From Nitrospinales bacterium (lineage in GTDB: Bacteria > Nitrospinota > Nitrospinia > Nitrospinales > VA-1): a stretch of DNA of 64,000 nucleotides. Where the stretch lies: NCBI GenBank assembly GCA_965223345.1, contig CBDCWG010000012.1, forward strand, positions 1,152,001 through 1,216,000. The letters run 5' to 3'. A model generated the notes under the pieces. It made no database searches. It was not told the DNA's origin and saw only the letters and a program-made list of their open reading frames with translations. This document shows, in pieces, positions 36,340 through 46,610 of the stretch (positions within the stretch are counted from its first letter, which is position 1; every line of letters begins with the position of its first letter). The position numbers were made by a program, and so were the translations under genes.

Positions 36340-37413
36340 TTGAGGACATTTCCTAAAAACCGGATTCCCGCCGGGGCGAAGATCCTTCTGATCAAACTGC
36401 GCTCCATCGGCGATGTGATTTACAACACCGCGGTGTACACGCCGCTCAAAAACTGTTTCCCGGATGCGCACCTCACCGTTCTGGTCGAGCCGGCCTCGTA
36501 CGATATCGTGCGCAGCCATCCGGATGTGGACGCGGTGCTCTGTTTTCGCAAAGGCTCTCTGGCCGAACAGGCGCGCTTTTACTGGAACCTGTTTCGCAGT
36601 CGTTACGATGTCGCCATCGACATGCACGAAGGCACCCGGGGCGCACTGATGTGTTTCTGCACACAGGCGCGGTACCGCGTCGGCAACCGTTTCGCCAAGC
36701 GGTCTTTCTTGTACAACGTCAGGCTGGATTTTTCCGATCTCAATCCGCAGTATCCGATCGATTACCAGGTGGCTCTGATCACAAAAATGGGCGCGGCGTT
36801 CGATCGCCCGCAACCGGTCGTCCACCTGTCCGCAGAAAGCCGCGCCAACGCCGCAAGAATTCTCACACAAAACGGGATCGCGCCGGAGGACCCGTACTGC
36901 ATCGTGCATCCCGGCAGCCGCAGGATCTACAACCGCTGGTCCAGCGACGATTTCGCGCATGTGGTGACGGCCCTGCATTCGGAATACGGGCTGAAGGTGG
37001 TTTTGACCTGCGGTCCCGGAGAGGAAGAACAGGTGCGGGCGGTGACGGACAAGATCCGGAACAGTCCGTATGTGTTCGTCAAGACCGAGCTGCAGGAGCT
37101 TGCGGCGATCACCGAAGGCGCGGAATTTTCCCTGTGTCACAACGGCGGCTTCATGCACCTCTCCTCGGTGCTCGGTACGCCGGTGGTGGCGTTGTTCGGC
37201 TCGGTGCATCCCCGTGTGTGGCGGCCGCTGGGCGAGCGGGACGTGATCCTGTATCGGGATCTGGAGTGCAGTCCCTGCAACGACAAGACGCGCAAAAAGG
37301 AATGTTACGGCGGCGACACCGAGTGTATGCGCGCCATCACAAAGGAGCACGTGCTGGAAGGCGTGGACCGCATCCTGCAAAAGGACGCACGGGAACTCAA
37401 GGAAGAGCTCTGA
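36340..37413 (+). CDS. Glycosyltransferase family 9 (LPS heptosyltransferase-like)
   Basis: KILLIKLRSIGDVI, HPGS...RW, HNGGFMHL, VVALFG, CSPC. Confidence 0.9.
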   Translation: MRTFPKNRIPAGAKILLIKLRSIGDVIYNTAVYTPLKNCFPDAHLTVLVEPASYDIVRSHPDVDAVLCFRKGSLAEQARFYWNLFRSRYDVAIDMHEGTRGALMCFCTQARYRVGNRFAKRSFLYNVRLDFSDLNPQYPIDYQVALITKMGAAFDRPQPVVHLSAESRANAARILTQNGIAPEDPYCIVHPGSRRIYNRWSSDDFAHVVTALHSEYGLKVVLTCGPGEEEQVRAVTDKIRNSPYVFVKTELQELAAITEGAEFSLCHNGGFMHLSSVLGTPVVALFGSVHPRVWRPLGERDVILYRDLECSPCNDKTRKKECYGGDTECMRAITKEHVLEGVDRILQKDARELKEEL

Positions 37414-37425
37414 ATCGCTTGCGGG

Positions 37426-38418
37426 TCAGGACCGCTGCAACGCTTCGCGTATCGTATCCCAAACCCTGGACACCGAAATTTTTTTAAGGTCGCGGTCTTC
37501 CTTCGCCGCCCGCCTGGAAACCATTCCGTTTGGTGAAGGATGCAGCATGAAACAGAGGTTTTCCCCCAATTGGTAGGGACCCGAGCCTCGCGGGTCGTAG
37601 AGGCCGAACAGCGCCACCGTCGGCACCTTGAGCGCAAACCCGACGTGCATCGGCCCCGTGTCGCAGGTGACCAGGAGGCGTGCGTGGCTGATGAGCAGGC
37701 TGTCCGATTTCAGGGGCAGATCGAGGGAATGCACGACGCGCTTCGCATCCATGTCTTCCAGCAACGTGCGGACGGCTGCCGCTTCCGCCGGTCCGCCGCC
37801 GAGCACGATTTTATACTCGGTGTGTTTGAGGATCGCTTGCGCCAGTTCGAAAAACCGTTCTTCGGGCCAGCGTTTTTCCGCTGCCGACGCGCCGATGTTC
37901 AGGTAGATGAATTTTTTCGGGGACAGCCGGGCGGCTTTGAGGAAGTGGTTGACCGCCGCTCGGTCGGATTCGTTGAAAAAAATTTCCATCTGCCCGCCAT
38001 CGGCCGGGATGCCGATGGTTTCGATCAGTTTCAGGCGTCTGAGAATGCCGTGCACCGTTCCTTCGATGCGCACCCGGTTTGCCGGTTCGATCCACGCAGC
38101 GTTCTGGTGCGCCCACAGGCTTTTGCGCCGCAGCCAGGGAAAAAGACGGGTGATGTCGCGATTGGCGTGAAACAGCAACACCGCATCGTAGGATTCCGAG
38201 AGTAGCCTGAGGCCGGTCCACGGCTGGCGGTACCATTGCGGGTGGTACTCGATCAGCCGGTCGATGTGCGGGTTGTTTTCGAACAGCGGTTGCCAGCGGC
38301 CGAGGGTGAGCAGGTGCAGCTTGAGCGCAGGCCGCGCTTTTTTGATCGCGCGGATCGCCGGCGTTCCCCACAGGGTGTCTCCCATTCCAGTGGTGCTGAT
38401 GACGAGGATTGTTTTCAT
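37426..38418 (-). CDS. Glycosyltransferase family 9 (LPS heptosyltransferase-like)
   Basis: ILVISTTGMGDTLW, NPHID, GASAAEKRWP, CDTGPMHV, PTVALFG; start ATG 38418. Confidence 0.9.
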   Translation of the reverse strand: MKTILVISTTGMGDTLWGTPAIRAIKKARPALKLHLLTLGRWQPLFENNPHIDRLIEYHPQWYRQPWTGLRLLSESYDAVLLFHANRDITRLFPWLRRKSLWAHQNAAWIEPANRVRIEGTVHGILRRLKLIETIGIPADGGQMEIFFNESDRAAVNHFLKAARLSPKKFIYLNIGASAAEKRWPEERFFELAQAILKHTEYKIVLGGGPAEAAAVRTLLEDMDAKRVVHSLDLPLKSDSLLISHARLLVTCDTGPMHVGFALKVPTVALFGLYDPRGSGPYQLGENLCFMLHPSPNGMVSRRAAKEDRDLKKISVSRVWDTIREALQRS

Positions 38419-38443
38419 GAAAAGACGGCGTTGTTTTTGCCCG

Positions 38444-39421
38444 CTACGGCCCGGTGCGGAGAGAGGCTGATCCCGGCCTGTTTTTTCTGCCGATGACGTA
38501 CAGGTTGAAGCCATACCCCGCCCCGTCGAGAAGGGGGCTGATGTAATTGACGGGGTTGAGGCTGTTTTTCAGATCGCGCCGGATTCCCTTAAGCCGTTTT
38601 GCCAGTCTGGACGCAGGCGCGGCCTCTTTCCGGTAGGGTTTGTTTTCCGGAGAAGAGAAAAACCCTTTTTTGGCGCGGTTGGTGTTTTCATACACGATGT
38701 CGAACCCGGCCGGCGCCAGCATCCGCTTGAGGGTCTCGCTGCAATAAAAGAACAGGTGCTGCTCGATCCGGTAGCCATACCATTTTTCCTTGAGAAGCGC
38801 CGCGTTTTTCACGTTCGGCGTCCAGATCACCAGAAGCCCTCCCGGTTTGAGCAGGTTCCCGCAACGTTCCAGGAACGGGCGCGGATGCGGCAGGTGTTCG
38901 ATGAGATCCCAAAGCACGATGACATCGAAAAACGCGGACGGCCAGCTCGCCTGTTGCAAGGGGGCGCACTGGACGTTGCCGAGGTGAAGCTCCTCTTTGG
39001 CGAAGCGGACGAATTCGGGAACGATGTCGATGCCGTAGGGGTCCCAGCCGCGTTCGCGGGCGGCCTTGAGAAAGAATCCACCACCGCAGCCGATGTCGAG
39101 AAGGCGGCCGGTTCCGTGATACAGACTCTCGATGCGTTTGAGGCGCTCGTTGTATTTTTTGCGATAGGATCGCCAGCGGTCCGTGCGTTCCTGAATATAG
39201 CTTCTGTAGAACGGGTTGCTCCCGCCGCCGTTTTGCGTTTCCTTTTCGTACAACGCATCCAGATAATTCTGCACCGGCATCGGGTTGACGAACTGCAGGC
39301 CGCAGTCGCGACAGCGCACCACCCTGGAAACGCCGTTCCAGACACACACTTCGGAAAAGTTTTCCGACCCGCAGATTTCGCAGGGGATGTCGCGGAAGTT
39401 TTTGGAGTCGGCAAGCGGCAT
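38444..39421 (-). CDS. Class I SAM-dependent methyltransferase with N-terminal Zn-ribbon
   Basis: CEICGS...CRDCGL, LLDIGCGGG, FDVIVLWDLIEH, LKPGG; start ATG 39421. Confidence 0.88.
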   Translation of the reverse strand: MPLADSKNFRDIPCEICGSENFSEVCVWNGVSRVVRCRDCGLQFVNPMPVQNYLDALYEKETQNGGGSNPFYRSYIQERTDRWRSYRKKYNERLKRIESLYHGTGRLLDIGCGGGFFLKAARERGWDPYGIDIVPEFVRFAKEELHLGNVQCAPLQQASWPSAFFDVIVLWDLIEHLPHPRPFLERCGNLLKPGGLLVIWTPNVKNAALLKEKWYGYRIEQHLFFYCSETLKRMLAPAGFDIVYENTNRAKKGFFSSPENKPYRKEAAPASRLAKRLKGIRRDLKNSLNPVNYISPLLDGAGYGFNLYVIGRKNRPGSASLRTGP

Positions 39422-39545
39422 GACGGAACCGGGACAGTGGGGAAAGCGCCTGTAATAGGTTGATATCGACACTCTTGGATGGATATGGTAGATTATTCGC
39501 CGTCCACGCGCAACCCGTCTACCGTCCACCTGTCGAGAACCTGCC

Positions 39546-40676
39546 TTGGTGAAACCGCTTCATATCCTGCACTCGGAAGCCGCGTTCGGCTGGGGAGGGC
39601 AGGAGATCCGCATCTTCCAGGAATGCCGCGAGCTTCTCAAGCGGGGGCATCGCGTCACACTCGTGTGCCAGCCCGGCAGTCCGCTCGCCGAGCGGGGCCG
39701 CACGCTCACCGATGATAACTACGCGTTCCACCCGTTGCGCATGCGGCGTCCGCTGAGCCCTTCGGCGTTTTTCAAGCTGTTGCGGCTGATCCGCCGCGCG
39801 CGCCCGGATGTCCTGCACACACACAGCTCCATCGACAGCTGGCTCGTTTCCTTCATCGGGAAAATCCTGGGCATTCCCATCGTGCGCACCCGCCATGTAT
39901 CCATACCGGTGAAAAATTATTTCCCCAACAACCAGCTGTATTCGTTTTTCCCGGCCCGCATCCTCACCAGCGGCGCGGCGATCCGCGATATGCTGCTGAA
40001 AGTGGACGGCGTGAAAGAAGACCGGGTCGTTTCGATCCCGGCGGGGGTGGACATGCAGCGGTTCGATTACAATCTTTCGGGGGAGAAGATCCGCCAGGAA
40101 CTGAATCTTTCTGAGGGGCAGCCGCTGATCGGCAAGGTGGGCGTGATCCGGGGGTGGAAGGGGCACGATTATTTCCTTGAATCGGCCCCCCTTGTTTTGA
40201 AACAATTTCCGAATGCGCGGTTTGTCATTGTGGGAGACGGTCCGGGGTACGATGAGATCCGGAGGAAGGTTCAGCAGAGAGGGCTCGACGCCGCGGTGAC
40301 GCTGCTCGGACACCGCGAGGACGTTCCGGAGATCATCGCGGCCATGGACATCATGGTGCTGGCGTCGTTCGCGGGGGAGGGTACGTCTCAGGTCATCCCG
40401 CAGGCGTTCGCCATGAAGACCCCGGTGGTGGCCGCACGCGGAGGATCGATTGCGGAACTTTTGGGAAACGAAGAACGCGGTCTGCTCGCGGATATCAAAA
40501 GCGGACCGTCCCTGGCCTCGGGGGTGGTCCGGTTGCTACAAGATTCCGCGCTGTGCGAGCGGTTCAAGGCGGAGGCTTACGCTTATTGTGAACGGGAACT
40601 GACGATCGAACGGAAAATGGAACAGACCCTGAGCGTCTACCGGGACGTGCTGAACCGGTCCGACAACGCGTCGTGA
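39546..40676 (+). CDS. Glycosyltransferase family 4 (LPS core)
   Basis: ILHSEAAFGWGGQEIR, HTHSSIDSW, RTRH, WKGH, EGTSQVIPQAFAM. Confidence 0.9.
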   Translation: MVKPLHILHSEAAFGWGGQEIRIFQECRELLKRGHRVTLVCQPGSPLAERGRTLTDDNYAFHPLRMRRPLSPSAFFKLLRLIRRARPDVLHTHSSIDSWLVSFIGKILGIPIVRTRHVSIPVKNYFPNNQLYSFFPARILTSGAAIRDMLLKVDGVKEDRVVSIPAGVDMQRFDYNLSGEKIRQELNLSEGQPLIGKVGVIRGWKGHDYFLESAPLVLKQFPNARFVIVGDGPGYDEIRRKVQQRGLDAAVTLLGHREDVPEIIAAMDIMVLASFAGEGTSQVIPQAFAMKTPVVAARGGSIAELLGNEERGLLADIKSGPSLASGVVRLLQDSALCERFKAEAYAYCERELTIERKMEQTLSVYRDVLNRSDNAS

Positions 40677-40701
40677 TGGCAGTGCTACCGGAGCCGGTCC
40701 G

Positions 40702-41844
40702 ATGAAGATCGCGCTGATCCGGCAGAAATACGTTCCGTATGGCGGGGCGGAAAGTTTTGCGGCCCAGTATGCCACCCACCTTGCGGAATCGGGACACGAC
40801 GTTCATATCTTTGCGAACCGCTGGAAAACCTGCGAACACCCGAACCTGCACGTTCATCCCGTCGCTGCGATTCGCGCCAATTCCTTTTTGCGCACGCTCA
40901 CCTTCGCCCGCAATGCGGCGAAGGCCGTGCGCCGCCAGACGTTCGACATCGTGCAGTCGCACGAGCGCACGTTCTACCAGGACATCTACCGCGCCGGCGA
41001 CGGCTGCCACCGGGAGTGGTTGCGGCAAAGGAAAAAATACGAGGAATCGGGCAAAAGCCTGTTTTGGGGCATGAGCCCGTTTCACCGCTTGATCCTCGGG
41101 CTGGAGCGGCGCTTGTTTGCAGGGAACGCGTGCAAAAAAATCGTCGCGATTTCGAAAATGGTGAAGCGGGACATTCAACGGCACTACCGGGTGCCGGATG
41201 AAAAGATCGCTGTCGTATACAACGGCGTGCATCTGGAATTGTTTCATCCAAAAAACAAATCAGTCTTCCGCTCCACCCTGCGCAAGAAAATGGGCATCCC
41301 GGAAGAGGCGGTTCTGATTCTGTTCGTCGGTTCCGGGTTCGAGAGAAAGGGGCTGGCGGCGCTGCTGCGCAGCCTTGCGCACCTGAATGGCGATGACTGG
41401 CGTCTTTTGCTGGTCGGCAAGGGCGACTGGAAAAAGTATCTGAAATTCGCGCCCGCAAACACACGCGACAAGATCCACTGCCAGGACCCCGTCGATACCA
41501 TCGAGCAGCACTACGCTGCGGCGGATGTGTTCGTGCTGCCTTCGATCTACGAGCCGTTCGGCAACGCCAACCTGGAAGCGCTGGCATCGGGACTGCCGAT
41601 CGTGACGAGCGCCCGGTGCGGTGCGGCGGAAATCATCGAGCACGGGCGGGAAGGATTCGTCATTCAAGACCCCGGCTCCCCGGAGGAAATCGCGGCCCAT
41701 CTCAACCGGTTGTTCGATGCGGCTCTGCGCGAGAGTATGGGTCGCAACGCCCGCACACTGGCGGAGCGTTTCACACCGGAGCGCTGTGCCAACGAAATGC
41801 TGGCGGTCTATGAAGAAGTGGCGACCGCAAGAAAGAGTGGGTGA
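40702..41844 (+). CDS. Glycosyltransferase family 4 (WaaG/RfaG-like)
   Basis: YGGAE, DIYRAGDGCH, FVGSGFERKGL, YEPFGNANLEALASGLP. Confidence 0.9.
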   Translation: MKIALIRQKYVPYGGAESFAAQYATHLAESGHDVHIFANRWKTCEHPNLHVHPVAAIRANSFLRTLTFARNAAKAVRRQTFDIVQSHERTFYQDIYRAGDGCHREWLRQRKKYEESGKSLFWGMSPFHRLILGLERRLFAGNACKKIVAISKMVKRDIQRHYRVPDEKIAVVYNGVHLELFHPKNKSVFRSTLRKKMGIPEEAVLILFVGSGFERKGLAALLRSLAHLNGDDWRLLLVGKGDWKKYLKFAPANTRDKIHCQDPVDTIEQHYAAADVFVLPSIYEPFGNANLEALASGLPIVTSARCGAAEIIEHGREGFVIQDPGSPEEIAAHLNRLFDAALRESMGRNARTLAERFTPERCANEMLAVYEEVATARKSG

Positions 41845-41948
41845 ACTGACGGCAGGGATCGATCCTTCCCTGTCACATGCGGATTTTGGTTGCTCTATGA
41901 GTGCCGAATCGAGAGTGACGCCTTGCAAAACGGGTATTCAGGAAGACG

Positions 41949-42626
41949 ATGCTTTTTAAAAAAAAAGAGATCAACGATCACCGGCGCCCGCGATTGAAGA
42001 AAGCCTTTTTTCTGCACCGCAAGGCGCTGCGCGATTTTGTGATGCGGTTTGCGGAGGGGGTCGAAAAAGAGGCGTGGATTCTGGATTTCGGGTGCGGAGC
42101 GAAACCGTATGCGCCTTACTTCAAATCCCGGCGATACATCGGGGTGGACGGGCATGCGGGTTCCGCGGCGGACGTGCTCTCAGGCGAGAGGATTCCCTTC
42201 AGGGATGGTGTTTTCGATTGCGTGCTGTCGTTTCAGGTGCTGGAGCATGTGCCGGATCCGAAAACGCTGCTCGATGAATGCCGCCGTGTGTTGAAACCCG
42301 ATGGAACCCTGCTGATTTCTGTTCCGTTTGTGTACGAGTACCACGCCTGTCCCACCGATTACTGGCGTTTCACCCATGAGGGCCTGTCGAAGTTATTGGA
42401 GGAGTTTTCCGATATCCACATCACGAACGACACGTCCACCGGTCAGACACTCATCAGCATGATCTGCAGCTGGACCTGGCATTTTACCGAGCGCCATAAA
42501 ATAAAATGGCTGGGAAATGTTCTGATTTCTCTTTTCAATCTCGTGGGTTTGTGTTGCGATAGGCAGTCACTCACATTGAAAACGGGTTATTTGACGTCCA
42601 ACTTCATTGTGACGGCAAAAAAATGA
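41949..42626 (+). CDS. Class I SAM-dependent methyltransferase (polysaccharide-associated)
   Basis: ILDFGCGAKPY, FDCVLSFQVLEHVPDP, LKPDG, YHACPTDYWRFT. Confidence 0.88.
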   Translation: MLFKKKEINDHRRPRLKKAFFLHRKALRDFVMRFAEGVEKEAWILDFGCGAKPYAPYFKSRRYIGVDGHAGSAADVLSGERIPFRDGVFDCVLSFQVLEHVPDPKTLLDECRRVLKPDGTLLISVPFVYEYHACPTDYWRFTHEGLSKLLEEFSDIHITNDTSTGQTLISMICSWTWHFTERHKIKWLGNVLISLFNLVGLCCDRQSLTLKTGYLTSNFIVTAKK

Positions 42627-42636
42627 AGGGGCTTTT

Positions 42637-42867
42637 TCACAACGTGGAATGGGTCCCGTCGCAGAAAGGCGGGTTGCCGGTGTGGCCGCAGTCGCAGATC
42701 GCCACCCGTTTCGCTTCGGTGATTTCGCATTGATGCGGGGATTTGCCGGTGTTTTTCTTGTCGTGCGAACCGTCGCAATACGGTTTGTTCTGGGATTCGC
42801 CGCAGGCGCAATAGAATTTGGTTCCGGGCGTTTCCTCGACGATATGCGGTGCATTTTCGTAGGGCAT
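42637..42867 (-). CDS. CDGSH iron-sulfur domain protein (two CDGSH motifs, MiNT/CISD3-like)
   Basis: CACGESQNKPYCDGSH and CDCGHTGNPPFCDGTH; AAGGAG RBS. Confidence 0.92.
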   Translation of the reverse strand: MPYENAPHIVEETPGTKFYCACGESQNKPYCDGSHDKKNTGKSPHQCEITEAKRVAICDCGHTGNPPFCDGTHSTL

Positions 42868-43035
42868 GACATCTCCTTAGGGTGCGGGTTTAGGATTCAG
42901 AATGTAAAGGTTACCCATGACGCCGTCGTTGTCAATTAAAAACCCGGTCTTTGTAGTCATCACGGATCCGGGATCGATTCGGAGATCCGACGATCCTGGC
43001 AGCGAGCGGCCGGGCTGGGGAAAGGGGAGCGACTC

Positions 43036-44418
43036 ATGAAACTGTTGATCACAGGAGCGACGGGGTTCATCGGCAAGCAACTGCTGCCGCTTTTGCAGGA
43101 ACGCGGCCACACGATGGTCGTGTTGACGCGCGACCCCAAAAAGGCGCGTGTGCGTTTGTCCGCCGCGTGCGAATTGCAAGCCTGGGATCCCGTCGAAGGC
43201 GGTCTCGATGACCGCGTCCTGTCCGGGGTGGAAGGCGTGGTGCATCTGGCCGGTGAGGGCGTCGCGTCGGGGCGCTGGACGGAAAAACGCAAACAGGCCA
43301 TCCGCGAGTCCCGGGTCGCGTCCACCGAAAAATTGATGCAGGCGATCGAGAGGATGGCAACACCGCCTGCGGTATTCGTGTCGGCGTCGGCGGTGGGGAT
43401 CTACGGCGACCGGGGTGAGACGCTGCTGGATGAGACCTCGACCTTTGGAGAAGGGTATCTGTCGGATGTGTGCCGGGACTGGGAGAGCGAGGTCTTCAAG
43501 GAGCGGATCGCCGGGATGCGCCGCGTGGCGTTGCGCATCGGCGTGGTTCTGGGGGCCGGGGGCGGCGCACTGGAAAAGATGCTGCCGCCGTTTCGCATGG
43601 GGCTCGGCGGACCACTGGGCGATGGGGCGCAGTGGATGAGCTGGATTCACGTGCGCGATGTGGCCGGTCTCATCGTGCACGCCCTGGAAACACCCGCGGT
43701 GACGGGGCCGGTCAATGCGGTGGCGCCCGCTCCCGAGACCAACCGCGAGTTCACCCGCACGCTGGCAAAGGTTCTCAAGCGCCCGGCTTTTTTTCCGGTG
43801 CCGAAATTCGTTTTGAAAACCGTGTTCGGGGAAATGTCGCAGATTCTGTTGAACAGCCAGCGGGTTTCGGCGGACAAGGCGAAAGCGTCCGGCTATAAAT
43901 TCGTCTATCCCAAGCTGGAGACGGCGCTCAAGGTGATCTGCGACCGGCCCGGCCGCGATTTCAGGACGGAAATGTGGGTTCCCCAGAATCGAAGCAAGGT
44001 GTTCGAATACTTCTCCAACGCCAAGAACCTGGAGACGCTGACGCCGCCGTTTTTGAATTTCAAAATTCTCAGCGTGAACACGCAAAACATCGGAGAAGGA
44101 ACGCTTCTGGATTACCGTTTGCGTTTGCACGGCATTCCCCTGCGCTGGCAGTCCAAGATCACCGACTGGCAGCCGGAGTTCCGGTTTTCGGATCTGCAGA
44201 CCCGCGGCCCGTATGCCTATTGGCACCACACGCATGAATTTGTCGAGGCGGACGGCGGCACGCTCGTCCGCGACACGGTGCAATACCGGCTGCCGTTCGG
44301 CGTGCCGGGCGATGTGGTGGCGCACGCGTTGGTGCTCAAGGATCTGGAAACGATTTTTTCTTACCGCATGAGCGTCGTCGAAAAACTGTTCGGATCCCAA
44401 TCGGGGGATGGGGCGTGA
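43036..44418 (+). CDS. TIGR01777 (YfcH/SDR39U1) NAD-dependent epimerase-like protein fused to C-terminal SRPBCC domain
   Basis: ITGATGFIG, HLAGE, SASAVGIYG, GGPLGDGAQWMSWIH, GPVNAVAP; then VFEYFSNAKNLETLTPP...FSDLQTRGPYAYWHHTHEF. Confidence 0.88.
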   Translation: MKLLITGATGFIGKQLLPLLQERGHTMVVLTRDPKKARVRLSAACELQAWDPVEGGLDDRVLSGVEGVVHLAGEGVASGRWTEKRKQAIRESRVASTEKLMQAIERMATPPAVFVSASAVGIYGDRGETLLDETSTFGEGYLSDVCRDWESEVFKERIAGMRRVALRIGVVLGAGGGALEKMLPPFRMGLGGPLGDGAQWMSWIHVRDVAGLIVHALETPAVTGPVNAVAPAPETNREFTRTLAKVLKRPAFFPVPKFVLKTVFGEMSQILLNSQRVSADKAKASGYKFVYPKLETALKVICDRPGRDFRTEMWVPQNRSKVFEYFSNAKNLETLTPPFLNFKILSVNTQNIGEGTLLDYRLRLHGIPLRWQSKITDWQPEFRFSDLQTRGPYAYWHHTHEFVEADGGTLVRDTVQYRLPFGVPGDVVAHALVLKDLETIFSYRMSVVEKLFGSQSGDGA

Positions 44419-44425
44419 TGGAGAG

Positions 44426-45439
44426 TCAAACCCTCGGCCGGATCCAGCGCCAGCAGACCGCGAGCAGCGGGCTCAGGACGTGATCGAGGATGGGATGGCG
44501 CATCCCGCTGATGGCGAGGTTGCCTTCGTAAAGACGGGCGATCTCCGCGTCGGACACTTTGCGGCTCGCCTGGATCTGTTTGCGTTTTTTTAGAATCCGG
44601 GGCGACAGGGCGGCGAGTTCCAGATAGCTTTTGATCTTCAGAAAAAACCAGCCGTTGCCCAGCGAATGCACCCACTGGGCCAGCTCGACGATCGCCAGAG
44701 ACGGGAAGATCAGAAGCAGGGTTTTCCAGCGCAGGTGCTTGAACAGCAGGTGCAGGCGGTTTTTTTCGGAATAATAAAACTTCCGCACGCCCTTGTTGAA
44801 ACGATAGTGGTGGTAAAAAACCGCATCGGGGTCCACCAGAATCTTCCAGCCCGCCAGCCGCAGCCGCCACGACAGGTCGTGATCTTCGTGGTAGAGAAAC
44901 AAATCCTCATCGAAGCCGCCAACGCTTTCATACACCTCGCGCCGCAACATGAAGATGCCGCCGCAGGCCGTTTCCTCTGGAGCCAGGCCGTCGTCGTCCT
45001 TCTCGTCGAGGCGGTGGGGGCAGGCGATGCCCGTGTAATGGATGCGGACGCCGAAGGAGTTGATGGCATCCGGTTTTTCGCAGTAGAGGATCTTCGGCAC
45101 GGCCGCGCCGGCTTCGGGATGGTCTTCCAGAAACCGCGACAACTCGCCGATGCTCTCGGGCGCAAGGATGAGATCGTTGTTCAGAAAGATGAGGTGATCC
45201 CCCTTTGCCACCGCAAGCCCGCGGTTCACGGCGGCGCCGAATCCCAGGTTGGCGCCGTTTTCCAGCAGCACGACGGAAGGGAACTCGCTCTGGATGTGTT
45301 CGATGGAGCCGTCTGTGGAGCCGTTGTCGCTGACGATGATCTCAAGCTCCGGAACTTCCTGTTTCAGTAACGACCGCACGCAGGCTGCGGTGTCGTCCTT
45401 TCCGTTCCAGTTGACGATGATGGCGGAGATTTTCGGCAT
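44426..45439 (-). CDS. Glycosyltransferase family 2
   Basis: IIVNWNG, DNGSTDGS, NLGFGAAVNRG, FLNND, GGFDEDLFLYHEDHDL; ATG 45439. Confidence 0.9.
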   Translation of the reverse strand: MPKISAIIVNWNGKDDTAACVRSLLKQEVPELEIIVSDNGSTDGSIEHIQSEFPSVVLLENGANLGFGAAVNRGLAVAKGDHLIFLNNDLILAPESIGELSRFLEDHPEAGAAVPKILYCEKPDAINSFGVRIHYTGIACPHRLDEKDDDGLAPEETACGGIFMLRREVYESVGGFDEDLFLYHEDHDLSWRLRLAGWKILVDPDAVFYHHYRFNKGVRKFYYSEKNRLHLLFKHLRWKTLLLIFPSLAIVELAQWVHSLGNGWFFLKIKSYLELAALSPRILKKRKQIQASRKVSDAEIARLYEGNLAISGMRHPILDHVLSPLLAVCWRWIRPRV

Positions 45440-45455
45440 GGTCGGGTGGGGCGCT

Positions 45456-46532
45456 TCAAGCGTTCGTTCGTTTTTCTTCGAACCAGTCGAGCATTTGCCT
45501 GCAGTTGCTTTCCCAGTCAAACGTCTCTATTTTTTTGCGGCCGTTTTCGGAAAGTTCTTTAAGCAGGCCTGTGTTTTCCAGCAGCCGGGCGAGATTGGCG
45601 GCGAGCGCATCGGGGTCTTTCGGCGGGGAAACCAGCGCGGTTTCGCCGTGCAGCGAGTAATCCCGGCTGCCGCCGGTGTCGGTGGTCACCAGCGCGCATC
45701 CGCAGGCCATCGCCTCCATGGGCGGCATGCCGAGCCCTTCGTACCAGCTGGGACACAAATAAATGTCTGCGGAGTTATAAATTCCGCGCAGGCGTTCGCG
45801 TGTGGGGCGGTAATGGTATTCGAAATCGAACCCGGCGTCCTGTTTCAACCGGTCGGGGTTTTCGATTTTTTCCCCGAACACCACGAGCTGGCAGTCCTTG
45901 TTTTGCGATTGCAGCTTGCGGATCGCCGCGATGCCGTCTTCATAGCCTTTCCAGTCGTAATCGTGATGCAGCAGCGCGATGCGGCGCGGGGTGCCGGGTT
46001 CCCGCGCTTGCAAGAAAAACTCGTTGCGATCGACAGGGGTCACAAACACCCGGGCGGATTGGCCGTAGGTTTCCTGCAAAACGCTCTTGAGCCAGGTGGA
46101 GATCACGATCTTTTCGAACGGCAGCCGGTAGCTGTTTTCGGCGTCGTTTTTTTTGCGCGTCCACAGGCTTTCGTGGTGCTGGATGAAATAAAACTTTTTC
46201 CCGGCTTCCTCGGGCAGGGTGGCGGCGAAAACCGCGGTCTGCCAGGCGGTGGCGATCAGGATGTCGGCCGGCGGGAAAAAACGGGCGTCGTTGAACGGGA
46301 GGTGGTCGATGGCAATGCGGTTGTCGAACCAGTCCACCGTTTCCGGCTCCAGGGTTTTGAGCGATGCTTGCCGCTGCCGCCAAATTTTATCCACGCGCCA
46401 CCATTTCGGCGCTGCGGCGGGCACGACCAGACGCACGCTATGGCCCAGAGCCTGAAAGCGGTTGGCGTATTCCAGCAGCGCTTTGACACCGCCGCTCAAG
46501 CGCACGTGCGGCAGCAGGAGAGTGATCTTCAT
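45456..46532 (-). CDS. Glycosyltransferase family 4
   Basis: SGGVK, IATAWQTA, YFIQH, EGLGMPPMEAMACG. Confidence 0.9.
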   Translation of the reverse strand: MKITLLLPHVRLSGGVKALLEYANRFQALGHSVRLVVPAAAPKWWRVDKIWRQRQASLKTLEPETVDWFDNRIAIDHLPFNDARFFPPADILIATAWQTAVFAATLPEEAGKKFYFIQHHESLWTRKKNDAENSYRLPFEKIVISTWLKSVLQETYGQSARVFVTPVDRNEFFLQAREPGTPRRIALLHHDYDWKGYEDGIAAIRKLQSQNKDCQLVVFGEKIENPDRLKQDAGFDFEYHYRPTRERLRGIYNSADIYLCPSWYEGLGMPPMEAMACGCALVTTDTGGSRDYSLHGETALVSPPKDPDALAANLARLLENTGLLKELSENGRKKIETFDWESNCRQMLDWFEEKRTNA

Positions 46533-46610
46533 CTCAACGAGCCAGGCGGTTTGTTCGCGGCGCGATGTGTGTGACGGGGATGTCGGCCGGCTGGTTCAGG
46601 CGGGAAGGGA

